NCBI GenBank assembly: GCA_964016885.1
Contig: OZ024742.1
Location: 35,216,001 to 35,280,000, forward strand
Source of the DNA: Eledone cirrhosa
Taxonomy: Eukaryota
DNA: 64,000 nt
Reading direction: 5' to 3'
The position numbers and the translations under genes were made by a program. The notes beneath the pieces are model-generated. The model saw only the letters and a list, made by a program, of their open reading frames with translations, was not told the origin of the DNA and made no database searches. Position 1 is the first letter of the stretch. Each line of letters starts with the position of its first letter. Below are positions 8,596 through 20,399 of this stretch, piece by piece.

Positions 8596-11497
8596 TATCA
8601 TCATCATCATCATCATCATCAACGTTTAACGTCCGTGTTCCACGCTTGCATGGGTTTGGACGGGGGTAGTCCCACTTGAGGCAAGAGTGATTGTCTTGCT
8701 CGCATAGGACTGTCTGGCAGGTTTTCTACAGTTGGATGCCCTTCCTAACACCAACCACATTTACAGTGTGGGTCTGGGAGGTTTTTACCGTGTTGCCTAC
8801 ACGGCCACATTACAGCGTGGACTGTGTGTTTTTTGTCGTGACACCTACACGATCTCATTTGTTTCGGCCTCGATGGCGCGGCACCAACATAACTTTACAT
8901 AGAACGGGGTGGTGTGGATGGGGTGGGGGTGGTGGTGGTGGGACGGGGTGTATTTTGTTAGAGATGCCTACTGGCTGGAGTAGGTTTTACTATATATTTA
9001 GGTAAGGCGGGTCTTCTCTGTTACTGAGTACCGCCAAAGGTCTCGGTCCAGTGACATTGTCTTGGAGAGGTGTAAGTGTGTGATGTCGGAGTTTATCAGC
9101 TCGTCCCAGGTTTTTCTAGGTCTGCCTATTCCGTGACTACCGTCTATCTTTATTGCCCTGAACTTTGTTATACAGCTATCGACTTTCATGCGCATAACGT
9201 GTCCATACCAACGTAGCCTTCTCTCGAGTAAACAACATCTGATCCCTCTTATCTCTAATTTTTTCCTTAGTTCGTTTATGCTTTGCCGTTCACGTATATT
9301 ACTGTTACACATCCAGCGGAGCATGCAAGCTTCGTTCCTCTCTAGTCTGCGTATATCCTCTGCACACAATGCCCAGGTCTCACTGCCATGCAGCATTGCT
9401 GTTCGTATGCAGGCATCGTACAACCTGCCTTTCATTTTTAGTGAGAACCCTTTAGCAGCTAATAGTGGTATAAGCTCTCTGAACTTTTTCCAACCAGTTC
9501 TGACTCTAGCTACAGTACTTTCAGAGCACCCTCCCCCACTGCTGATTTTATCGCCCAGGTAACGGAAGCTGTCCACTATTTCTATAGAACCCTCTGCGCA
9601 ATTGAAAGAGCTAGTATTTTGTGGGCACTTGCTGCTACTTATTGCACCAGAGCACCGGCCACATGTAAAATCTATGTTCTTAGTTAGCTTACCTGTGATC
9701 CCACTACATCTTTTATGCACCCATACTTTGCATTTAGGACATAAAATGGAGTTTCTACCTACGCCTTTCCTACACACCGAGCACGACCATTTCCCAGAAG
9801 GGACCGCCGCCTTGTTTTCTTTCCTACAAACTAGTACTTTGGTCTTAGCCAGGTTAATTTTAAGTCCTTTTGACTCTAGGCCGTGCTTCCATGTTTGGAA
9901 TTTCTTCTCTAGCTCGGCCATTGATTCCGCTATGAGTGTCAGGTCGTCTGCGTATAGGAGTTCCCATAGGCAGCCTGTCTTGAACTCCTCTGTTATAGCC
10001 TGAAGGGCAATAATAAATAGTAGTGGGCTGAGAACAGAGCCCTGATGGACGCCAACTTTTACGCTAAACTCTTCACTATATTCGTTGTTAATTCTAACCT
10101 TGCTGACTGTTTCTTTATACATGGCTTGTATAGCCCTCACAAGCCATTCGTCAACGCCTAGTTTTCTAAGAGCCCACCAGATAATGGAGCGGGGGACTCT
10201 GTCGAAGGCTTTCTCCAAGTCGACAAAAGCTAAGTAGAGGGGTTTACCTTTAGCTAGGTACTTCTCCTGTAGTTGTCGTACTATGAAAAGAGCGTCTGTG
10301 GTACTTTTGCCTGACACAAACCCGAACTGCATTTCATCTAGGTCAATTCTCTCTCTGATTAGTTGCGCTATTACTTTTTCCGTGACCTTCATGACCTGGT
10401 CGATTAATTTAATGCCTCTATAGTTACTCCTATCTAGGGCGTCTCCTTTACCCTTATAACAGTTAACGATGATGCTGCTATGCCAGTCCTTCGGAACAAC
10501 CCCATTCTGTACGACTTGGTTAACTATGCGGGTGACCATGGTGTGTCCCACCGTGCCAGATGCCTTCAGCATCTCAGCAACTATTTCCGAAGGCCCAGCC
10601 GCCTTACCCGTCTTCATATCCTTGATTGCCTTACTTATTATACTCCCCTCGACTAACACTGCTGGTCCCTCTATTGGGTCGATATGGGGGAGACTGTCTT
10701 TCTCCCATTTATTCTCCTCATTTAGTAGCCTTTCATAGTGACACTTCCAAGCTACCTTCTTATCAGCGTCGGTGATGGCAAGTGTGCCATCGTCGTTTAG
10801 TACACACTTCTCCCCGACAATATCACGGTTTTCCTTGACGCATTGCCTAGCAATCCTGAACACCTCACGTTTTTGGTCATCGCGTTGTAGAACATGCTTG
10901 AACTTTCTTTCCTCAGCTTCCCTTCTTGCTAAGTACACTTGTCTCCTAGCTTCCCTCCTGGCCACTTGATAGTCCTCTCTACTTCCCCCATCCCGCCATA
11001 CTTTCGAAGCCTGCTTTTTGGCCTTAATTGACCCCTCCACCTTACTGTTCCACCACCATGTTACTCTCCTCCTGCCTACAGGCCTGCTCCAGCCACAGAC
11101 TTCGTCTGTCGCCAACAGCAGGTTTGCTTTCAGAAATTCCCACTCTCCCTCTATATTGTCCGACTCTAAATGTTCTTCCTTACTGTCGAAAGCATCAAGT
11201 AATATGCTTTGAAATTTATTCCTGGCTGTGGGGTCCTTTAGCTTCCATATTTTTCTCCGGAGGATAGTCCTCTTCTGCTGTCGAGTACGTCTCGTCCTGA
11301 CTATGAGGTCGCTAATTATCAGTCTATGTTGGGAGGTGCATTCTTCATGGGGGAGGGATTTAGTGTTTACAACAGACACTCTGTCACGTCTTCTGGTAAG
11401 GATATAATCTACCTGGCTTGTGTGTTCCCCGGATCTATAGGTGATCAGGTGATTGTCACGTTTTTTGAAGTTAGTGTTACAGATAGTTAGGTTATTT
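8596..11497 (-). mobile_element. RTE subfamily B LINE, 5'-truncated
   Basis: (CAT)n tail at 8596-8620, 3' UTR, long RT ORF; 5' end stops inside the APE domain at a TA tract. Confidence 0.95.
8998..11379 (-). CDS. RTE ORF (partial APE, reverse transcriptase, PHD-like zinc finger), 793 aa uninterrupted but N-terminally truncated
   Basis: YRGIKL, QFGF, FVDLEKAFDRV, GVHQGSVLSPLLF, YADD, FRYLG, RLRWYGHV motifs in order. Confidence 0.93.
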   Translation of the reverse strand: MSVVNTKSLPHEECTSQHRLIISDLIVRTRRTRQQKRTILRRKIWKLKDPTARNKFQSILLDAFDSKEEHLESDNIEGEWEFLKANLLLATDEVCGWSRPVGRRRVTWWWNSKVEGSIKAKKQASKVWRDGGSREDYQVARREARRQVYLARREAEERKFKHVLQRDDQKREVFRIARQCVKENRDIVGEKCVLNDDGTLAITDADKKVAWKCHYERLLNEENKWEKDSLPHIDPIEGPAVLVEGSIISKAIKDMKTGKAAGPSEIVAEMLKASGTVGHTMVTRIVNQVVQNGVVPKDWHSSIIVNCYKGKGDALDRSNYRGIKLIDQVMKVTEKVIAQLIRERIDLDEMQFGFVSGKSTTDALFIVRQLQEKYLAKGKPLYLAFVDLEKAFDRVPRSIIWWALRKLGVDEWLVRAIQAMYKETVSKVRINNEYSEEFSVKVGVHQGSVLSPLLFIIALQAITEEFKTGCLWELLYADDLTLIAESMAELEKKFQTWKHGLESKGLKINLAKTKVLVCRKENKAAVPSGKWSCSVCRKGVGRNSILCPKCKVWVHKRCSGITGKLTKNIDFTCGRCSGAISSSKCPQNTSSFNCAEGSIEIVDSFRYLGDKISSGGGCSESTVARVRTGWKKFRELIPLLAAKGFSLKMKGRLYDACIRTAMLHGSETWALCAEDIRRLERNEACMLRWMCNSNIRERQSINELRKKLEIRGIRCCLLERRLRWYGHVMRMKVDSCITKFRAIKIDGSHGIGRPRKTWDELINSDITHLHLSKTMSLDRDLWRYSVTEKTRLT

Positions 11498-11525
11498 ATA
11501 TATACATATAAATATACATATATAT

Positions 11526-12131
11526 GGTGGCTGCCAACTCGTTTTCGAATACGGCCACTACTTTATATCCATGTAGGAGAACCCCTACCGATGCGCTGAA
11601 CGAGTGTGACTTTTTAGTCCAGCGAGCGACTTGAAAACTCTGGTACAAACACTACACTTGTGACAATTATTGACACATAGTGCTGGGCCCATGGTACCAT
11701 GTGACGAGAAGGGCAGAGAGATCTCCAGATATAAAGCAATGCTTGTGCCGTGAAGCTTTTATAGTGAGCAAAGGCACTGCACAAAGCCAGTCCCACTCTC
11801 TTAACCAAGATGATATTTACCAAAAAGAAGAACAAGTCAACATCATTGGATACCATCAGGGTTGCAGGTGTTATATCAGAGTTTTCCTTCTAGAATTCTG
11901 CCTTGACAAAGGCTAAGGGGTCATCTCTCCCGGTGATTTTGGATGGCTATTGACTCTTAAGAGCTCCTTTGCCCTTTGACAGGTTTTGTTTTTAGTCCTG
12001 CAGGATGTCCAAAGTCACCCTCCTCACCAAGAAACATTGGTGGGGTTGCCAGTTTAGTCGCCAACGACCCGACCATGAGACAGGTTGTACTGTGATAAAT
12101 GTTACCAGTAGCACCAACTGGTGACCTGACA
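11526..12131. mobile_element. about 606-bp non-coding dispersed element, copy 2
   Basis: Direct repeat of 7755-8363 with about a dozen substitutions and one 3-bp indel. Confidence 0.8.
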
Positions 12132-12137
12132 TATATA

Positions 12138-12469
12138 TCATTTCATTTTACGTCTGCTTTTTCCTGCTTGCAAGGGTGGGACGGGAACTGATTCTGGCTT
12201 GATTTCTACAGCTGGATGCCCTTCCTAACACTAACCTCATTTACAGTGAGTGCTGGGTGCTTTTTTCCTGTGGTACCTCCACGACCACTTTGCAGTGGAA
12301 TGATATGGACCCCAGTCCCTATCATCTCATTTCTACAGCTGAGTAAACTGGAGCAATGTGAAATAAAGTGTCTTGCTCAAGGAAACAACACATCACCTGG
12401 TCTGAGAATTGAACTCACAACCTTTCGATTGCAAGGCCAATGCTCTAACCACTAAACCATGTGCCTCCA
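12138..12469 (-). mobile_element. SINE family 1, full length
   Basis: tRNA head at right, RTE-like tail ending GACGTAAAATGAAATGA at left. Confidence 0.88.
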
Positions 12470-12599
12470 TATTATATACATATATATATACATATATATA
12501 TATATACATATAAATACATATATATATACATATATATATATATTCATATATATATATACATATATACATATAAATACATATATATATATATACATATAA

Positions 12600-12656
<57 letters not shown>

Positions 12657-13334
12657 CATATATATATATACATATATATATATTTATATATTCGCTGTGG
12701 TTCGTATTTTTTCTGTCACCTTACTGCTATCCTCTTTCTCTCTCCTCCTTCTCTCTCCTTTACCTCTTGCTTTCTTTCACCCCCGCTGCTGGTCACATAC
12801 TCTCGGCTGGCATCTTCCTCACACTTTCACTCACTCACTGTCTCATTTCCTCCTCTCTCATTTCCTCCTGTCTAACCTGTGTGGAATTCTTTTCTCTCTC
12901 ACTTTTCGCGTGGCTCAGACGTGTCTTCCTCTTCTCGTCATTTGATTCGTTCGGACTTAAGCCGACAAGATTCATTGACTTGTCTCTCTTTTCCTCTCTT
13001 TACGTTGCATTACTACCATGTTGTTTGTTCACTTTCCCCTTCCAATTCGCTCTGTCTCAATAACTTTATTTAGTTATCACTCGCACTGATTTTAGGTATC
13101 TAGTATTTAATGCAAGGAAATACCAATGATAATCAGCAGACTACTGATGATGGACATTCCTTTTTCTCAGTCTATTTTCATTCATATGTTCACATTAGCA
13201 ACAACGCAGCACGCCATTTTTTCATATATATATATACATATAATTAAAAGTTTAACAAGGTTCAATGAATTCATCAATGAATAAAATTTCACAATAGATT
13301 ATAAGCACTCTAAAGGGGTTTTCTGGAGTTATTA

Positions 13335-13855
13335 ATGTGATCAAATATATTTTATTATACATATTTCAGAGATACTGAGCTATTTCAACAGTACGTCCTC
13401 GTCAGATAAAATAAGTTGATGTCTGACGTACCTTGACTATGTTGATGGTTATAATTTAGTCATGGCAGTGATTAGTTATGACAAAACTCGATATTTATAT
13501 ACCTTAAGTTGAAACATGAAAAATTACATATAATACACTATCAACAATAATGAGGTATGAATATATTATTATTATTTAAATTTTTAACAGTTATATAAGT
13601 TTATGTATTATATATTATTAATTATTTATATATCTTTATACACATTCTCATACGTACCCTCTGTATTATATGTAATTTTTCATGTTTCATCTTAAGGTAT
13701 ATAAATATTGAGTTTTGTCATAACTATTCACTGCCATGACTAAATTATAACCATCAACATAGTCAAGCATCAACTTATTTTATCTGACGAGGACGTACTG
13801 TTGAAATAGCTCAGTATCTCTGAAATATGTATAATAAAATATATTTGGTCACATG
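13335..13855. repeat. inverted repeat, arms about 200 bp, each carrying a hammerhead
   Basis: 13335-13537 is the reverse complement of about 13662-13855 (one about 11-bp indel). Confidence 0.9.
13776..13841 (+). ncRNA. type I hammerhead ribozyme with long stem II (mirror copy on minus strand at 13348-13413)
   Basis: TATTTTAT CTGACGA GGACGTACTG..CAGTATCTCT GAAA TATGTA TA ATAAAATA; 8-bp stem I. Confidence 0.78.
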
Positions 13856-13884
13856 AATGTCTATATTTATTAATATTTTGAAGT

Positions 13885-13921
<37 letters not shown>

Positions 13922-13981
13922 GGAAGAACGGACTTAAAACAGTGATGATGATGATGATGATACATGTATATATATATATAT

Positions 13982-15379
13982 GAAGAAATTCCAAACATGG
14001 AAGCACGGCCTAGAATCAAAAGGCCTTAAAATTAACCTGGCTAAGACTAAAGTTCTAGTTTGTAGGAAAGAAAATAAGGCGCCGGTCCCTTCCGGGAAAT
14101 GGCCATGCTCAGTGTGTAGGAAAGGCGTAGGTAGAAACTCCATTTTATGTCCCAAATGCAAAGTATGGGTGCATAAAAGATGTAGTGGGATCACAGGTAA
14201 GCTAACTAAGAACTTAGATTTTACATGTGGGCGGTGCTCTGGTGCAATAAGTAGCAGCAAGTGCCCACAAAATACTAGCTCTTCCAATTGCGCAGAGGGT
14301 TCTATAGAAATAGTGGACAGCTTCCGTTACCTGGGCGACAAAATCAGCAGTGGGGGAGGGTGCTCTGAAAGTACAGTAGCTAGAGTCAGAACTGGTTGGA
14401 AAAAGTTCACAGAGCTTATACCACTATTAGCCGCTAAACGGTTCTCCCTAAGAATGAAAGGCAGGTTGTATGATGCCTGCATACGAACAGCAATGTTGCA
14501 TGGCAGTGAGACCTGAGCATTGTGTGCAGAAGATATACGCAGACTAGAGAGGAACGAAGCTTGCATACTCCGCTGGATGTGTAATAGTAACATACGTGAA
14601 CGGCAAAGCATAAGCGAACTAAGGAAAAAATTAGAAATAAGAGGGATCAGATGTTATTTACTCGAGAGAAAGCTACGTTGGTATGATCACGTGATGCGCA
14701 TGAAAGACGGCAGCTGTATAACAAAGTGCAGGGCAATAAAGATAGACGGTAGCTACGGAGTAGGCAGACCCAGAAAAACCTGGGACGAGCTGATAAATTC
14801 TGACCTCACACACTTACACCTCTCCAAGACAATGTCACTGGACTGAGACCTTTGGCGGTACTCAGTAATAGAGAAGACCCGCCTTACCTAAATACAAAGT
14901 AAAACCTACTACAGCCAGTAGGCATCTCTAACAAAATACACCCCTGTCCCCCCACCCCATCCACACCGCCCCCTTCAATGTAAAGTTATGTTGGTGCCAC
15001 AACATCCAGGCCGAAACAAATGAGATCGTGTAGACACAGTCCACGCTCTAATGTGGTCGTGTAGGCAACACGGTAAAAACCTCCCAGCCCCACACTGTAA
15101 ATGTGGTTGCTGTTAGGAAGGGCATCCAGCTGTAGAAAACCTGCCAGACAGTCCACGCTGTAATGTGGTCGTGTAGGCAACACGGTAAAAACCTCCCAGC
15201 CCCACACTGTAAATGTGGTTGGTGTTAGGAAGGGCATCCAGCTGTAGAAAACCCGCCAGACAGTCCTATGCGAGCAAGACAAACACTCTTGCCTCAAGTG
15301 GGAAAACCCCCGTCCAAACCCATGCAAGCGTGGAACACGGACGTTAAACATTGATGATGATGATGATGATGATGATGAT
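13982..15379 (+). mobile_element. RTE subfamily B, 5'-truncated, with stops and a duplication in the 3' UTR
   Basis: ORFs 13980-14516 and 14520-14846 match the 793-aa ORF C-terminus; ACAGTCCACGCT block repeated at about 15036 and 15148; (GAT)n tail. Confidence 0.93.
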
Positions 15380-15603
15380 ATACATACATACACACATATA
15401 TATAGTTAGATGAATAAATAAACAGAAAAAGAGAAAGTGCTTTTCAAGACACGGCAATATAGTAGTGATGGTAGCGGGTAGCAGAGGTGGCTTATAAAGA
15501 GTGCATAAGTGTGTGTAGAGGGGTGCCAGTTATTGTGTAAGCTGTGTTTGCTATATACTGTGTGATACATATACACATATATTTACTATTATATATATAC
15601 TAG

Positions 15604-15655
<52 letters not shown>

Positions 15656-15822
15656 GAGGTTATATTTAATTTGTTGGGATTCAACAAGCTTAAACATTTT
15701 TATAACTGATATAAAGCACTCAACTGATTTTATAACTGATATAAAGCACTATCCAGGAAGCTCCAACCGTTAAGGTTGTCTTTTTTCCGGGTATGTCAAT
15801 ATTTATTTATGAAACAAATCTG

Positions 15823-15888
15823 TATTTTATCTGATGAAAGCGCACCATAATTTACCTTGGTTGTCCTTGAAATATGTATAATATAATA
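15823..15888 (+). ncRNA. type I hammerhead ribozyme, same group as 13776-13841
   Basis: TATTTTAT CTGATGA AAGCGCACCA..TGGTTGTCCTT GAAA TATGTA TA ATATAATA. Confidence 0.72.
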
Positions 15889-15926
15889 AATATGGTTTTA
15901 TAAATATAGTTTCCATTTATTAATAT

Positions 15927-15967
<41 letters not shown>

Positions 15968-16150
15968 CGTTTCTGAATTTGTTTAGCAAATTCTTTATCT
16001 GAAATTGTGTGTTGAAACCGATATTGAAAGCAACTGGTGCGTGTGTTTCTTATTAGCAACATGACCCTCCCAAAGTATAACAATATATATATATTAATTA
16101 TTAATATTAACAATATTAATAAATGGAAAATATCTTTATAACAACATATT

Positions 16151-16210
16151 TATTTCATTATACATATTTCAAGGATACTAAATTATAATATGCTTTCATC
16201 AGATAAAATA
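16151..16210 (-). ncRNA. type I hammerhead ribozyme, same group as 13776-13841
   Basis: Reverse complement: TATTTTAT CTGATGA AAGCATATTA TAATT TAGTATCCTT GAAA TATGTA TA ATGAAATA. Confidence 0.78.
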
Positions 16211-16379
16211 CAATATTTGGTGTTAAGATATTGACATACATAGCATGAATTTAATAGCATAAGCCCGCTACCGGCAGTGAGGTAAAATCTCTAAGTCGCA
16301 ATGGATATAAATTAACAAAGATACATTATTATAGATGCTTGATAAATTTTGAAACTCATTGTTTATATATATATATAAT

Positions 16380-16729
16380 GGAGGCACATGGCTTAGTGGT
16401 TAGAGCATTGGTCTTGCAATCGAAAAGTTGTGAGTTCAATTCTCAGACCAGGTGATGTGTTGTTTCCTTGAGCAAGACACTTTATTTCACATTGCTCCAG
16501 TTTACTCAGCTGTAGAAATGAGATGATAGGGACTGGGGTCCGTATCATACCACTGCAAAGTGGTCGTGGAGGTGCCACGACAAAAAAGCACCCAGCACTC
16601 ACTGTAAATGAGGTTGGTGTTAGGAAGGGCATCCAGCTGTAGAAATCAAGCCAGCATCAGTTCCCTGTCCCACCCTTGCAAGCAGGGAAAAGCGGACGTA
16701 AAATGAATGATGATGATGATGATGATGAT
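16380..16729 (+). mobile_element. SINE family 1, full length with (GAT)n tail
   Basis: tRNA head with A/B boxes at 16380-16450; RTE-type 3' end. Confidence 0.9.
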
Positions 16730-16734
16730 GGCTG

Positions 16735-17320
16735 ACTCATGTGTGCTAAGTGGCCTAGATTTCTGGAAAGGCATTAAAATATTGGCCATCAGGAGTGATT
16801 ATCCCAATTTGCAAAAAAGGGAATAAGAAAGATTACTCTATAGAGGAATCTCCTTGTTAAGCCACCCCAGTAAAGTTTATGTTAGGTGTCTGGCAAAGAG
16901 GTGTCGGAATATTGTTGAGTCGAAGCTAGCTGACAGTGTTTCACCCCAGACATAGCATAGCCAACCAAATATTTGGGAAATTGTGGAAGTATTACCAAGA
17001 AATGTATACTTCTTTCATGGACTTCAAAAAGGCATACAACCATGTTCTGTGGGACCTGTTGGGGAAGGTTCTGCATGAATATGGGATCAAAAGACAGCTT
17101 CAAGTTGCTTTGAAATCCTTATATGAATACCCTAGTATTTGTTTTCGGATAAAATGTGCTAAATGGAAACCATTCAATGTAGTTGTCAAACTTCGCCATG
17201 GATGTGTATTGTCACCTCTCCTGCTCATTATCTTCATGAACAGCATTGACATGCAACAACCAGGTAGGAAATGGTATCAAAACCAATAAGTGTAGGATCA
17301 ATTACCTAGAATTTGCAGAG

Positions 17321-17353
<33 letters not shown>

Positions 17354-18530
17354 GTTTAACGTCCATCTTCCACGCTAGCATGGGTTTGGACGGTAATTTT
17401 CCCACTTGAGGCAAGATTGGGTGTCTTGCTCGTATAGGACTGTCTGGCGGGTTTTCTACGGCTGGATGCCCTTCCTAACACCAACCATGTTTACAGTGTG
17501 GGGCTGGGATGTTTTTACCGTGTTACCTACACGGCCACATTACAGCGTGGACTGTGTGTTTTTTTGTCGTGACACCTATACGACTTCATTTATTTAGGAC
17601 TGGATGTTGTGGTACCAACATAACTTTACATCGAAAGGGAGTGGGGGTAGTGGGACGGGGGTGTATTTTGGTAAGAGGTGCCTACTGACTGTAGGTTTCG
17701 CTTTGCACTTAGGCAAGGCGGGTCTTCTGTATTACTGCGTAGCGCCAAAGATTTCAGTCCAGTGACATTGTCTTGGAGCGGTGTAAGTGTGTGAGGTCGG
17801 AATTTATCAAGTCGTTCCAGGTTTTTCTGGGTCTACTTACTCCGTGACTACCGTCTATTTTGATCGCCCTGCACTTTTTTATACAGTTTTTTATACAGTC
17901 CATGGTATTCCTAAACTCATTAGAAGGTGATCATAATTATATATTCGTTAAGTTTGCTGCTAGGTGTTGCATAGCCGGAATGAAAATCAGTGCTGCAAAA
18001 ACTGAGACACTAGTCATCTCAAAAAGTCCTATGTGGGGAAATTCGAATCTTGGGACAGTTTTCATAAGTGATGGAAAACAGGAGGCTGGATTAAATGCAA
18101 GAATTGTTGGAACTGGTGCAGTAATATACCAGCTTCAGCACTCGGTCATCAGAAGGGAGATAGGTGTAAAAATTATGCAATCGCAAGTACAGCCAGACTT
18201 GATAGGGTGCGTAGCTTTGAGATCAGAGAGTCACTCCAGGTAGAGCCACCCCTCCTTCAAATCAATAGATCACAGCTCCAATACTACAGACATATGGTTA
18301 GAATGTCTAAGGAAAGAATAGCTGGACAGATTTTATGGGTAGAGCCAACCGACAGGAGACCAAGAGGTAGACAAGCAAGATGTTTGGATAACATCTATGA
18401 ATTCTATTGGTCTTGCTTGGGGATCCAGCTGGATTATTTGGAGCCCCTTGTATCTGATAGAACCCTCTGGAATGCATGTCTGAGGACTCTGTCCCCATGA
18501 TCCTCCAAGGAATAGTGGGCAAAGAAGAAG
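16735..18530 (+). pseudogene. old degenerate RTE-clade RT (different family), interrupted by a younger RTE fragment
   Basis: YRGISLLS, FMDFKKAYNHV, LRHGCVLSPLL, MKISAAKTE, QYYRHMVRM, RRPRGR remnants in several frames. Confidence 0.8.
17324..17896 (-). mobile_element. RTE subfamily B-like 3' fragment nested in the old RTE
   Basis: (CAT)n tail, 3' UTR and ORF end; AGTCCAT present on both sides (17319-17325, 17897-17903). Confidence 0.85.
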
Positions 18531-19032
18531 AATAAAAATTTTAGTCATTGTTATGCTGTGTAATCTAATACACGTGGACAGAATGTTTAACTTTATTTAG
18601 AGCATTATTAATCAACTCATACACACATACATATGCATATGCATATATACATATGCATATACACATACATATGTATTTACACAGCCACCCTGCTTTGGCC
18701 ATTTCTACTCACTCCTGCAACAGCTGCTATCATGCTGTCATCACTCATCATCACTACCACCATAATCAGAATCACCATCACTGCCAGTGGACACCAAAAT
18801 TACCATCACTACTATCACAGCCATCACCATCATCACTACTACAATGTTATCACCCCTCACCCTAGTGTAAACTGTAGCCAGTGTAAACTGATCTATCAGC
18901 TTGGTACCCTGCTAACCTTCTCTCTGTCTCTTAATCTACCTCTTTCTCTCTCTGAATGTCAAACTCCTACTCAATTTAAACAATAAGTGCTAAGCTATAA
19001 TTGTCAATGAATGTATGTGTAGTATATATATA

Positions 19033-19409
19033 TGGCTTAGTGGTTAGAGCATTGGGCTTGCAATCGAAAGGTTGTGAGTTCAATTCTCAGACCAAGTGAT
19101 GTGTTGTTTCCTTGAGCAAGACACTTTATTTCACATTGCTCCAGTTTACTCAGCTTTAGAAATGAGATGATAGGGACTGGGGTCCATATCATTCCACTGC
19201 AAAGTGGTCGTGGAGGTGCCACGGCAAAAAAAGCACCCAGCCCACACTGTAAAGTGGACGTGTAGGTGCCACGGAAAAAAAAGCACCCAGCACTCACTGT
19301 AAATGAGGTTGGTGTTAGGAAGGGCATCCAACTATAGAAATGAAGCCAGAATCAGTTCCCGTCCCACCTTTGCAAGCAGGGAAAAGCAGACGTAAAATGA
19401 TGATGATGA
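19033..19409 (+). mobile_element. SINE family 1 (longer variant with two AAAAAAGCACCCAGC units)
   Basis: A/B boxes, shared body, (GAT)n tail. Confidence 0.88.
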
Positions 19410-19891
19410 TATATATATATATATGTGTAGTATATATATATTTATATATTTATCATCAACATCAACATTATTTTTTCCTAACAAGGGTTGGACAGGTTTT
19501 CACAACTAAGTCAGTATTAAAACTGGTCTACTGACTTCCCACACAGGCCTGACAAACATGGGTGGGGCACATTTTGCTTGCATACAGTCCCAGGCTCTAC
19601 AGAGTGCATTTTATGAGGATACCAGCACGAGGGAGTTTCACATGTCTTTGACACAACTGAAAGGGCCTCTCAAAGACATGACAACCTTCCTAGTGCTGGT
19701 GTATATATATATATATATATATATATACTCTTTTACCTGTTCCAGCCATCCGGCTGAGGCCATGCTGGGGCACCGCCCTTTTATATATATATAACCATGC
19801 AACCATAAGAAAGGTAAAAAAGATGATGATATGCATATACACTTTATAATAATAAGGTTTTTTCTTTTTTTATAGTTTTTTTTGTGGAGCG

Positions 19892-19986
19892 AGACATATC
19901 TCTAGAAGGTCAGAAAGACATATCTCTAGAAGGTCTAGAAAGACATATCTCTAGAAGGTCTAGAAAGACATATCTCTAGAAGGTCA
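19892..19986. repeat. 24-25-bp tandem repeat x4
   Basis: AGACATATCTCTAGAAGGTC(T)AGAA repeated. Confidence 0.9.
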
Positions 19987-20399
19987 CTCTGATATAAAAC
20001 CTGTGACCTCATTTGCATCTAATGACGTAGACCAATTCTTCTTTTGGGGCAAATGCATTTGATGTTCAGGTTGGTCCCGTTCAAAGCCTTTCCTCACTTA
20101 AAAAAGCTTCAAGCGCAGGCATCGTTTCATATGTGACATTTTTAGCAATGCATGCCATTGCTAGCCATAGGCAAGTCCCTAGCAGGACTAAAAAAACCAA
20201 GTCTGTGATGCTCATACTTAAGTATCAAGCGATGGCATCAAATGATATCAAGTTGCAGCCATCATATATATATATATAGAAAACCAAGTCTGTGATGCTC
20301 TTGATTAAGTATCAGTTGATGGCATTGCTCGAAATCGAGTTGCAGCCATCATGTATATACACACACATATACAAATATCTACATATATATATATATATT

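Noticed and set aside
13138-13175. CTGATGA flanked by AGACT/AGTCT
   Set aside because: No GAAA core follows
16380-16452. tRNA gene
   Set aside because: A/B boxes present but acceptor stem does not close and it continues into a repeated SINE body
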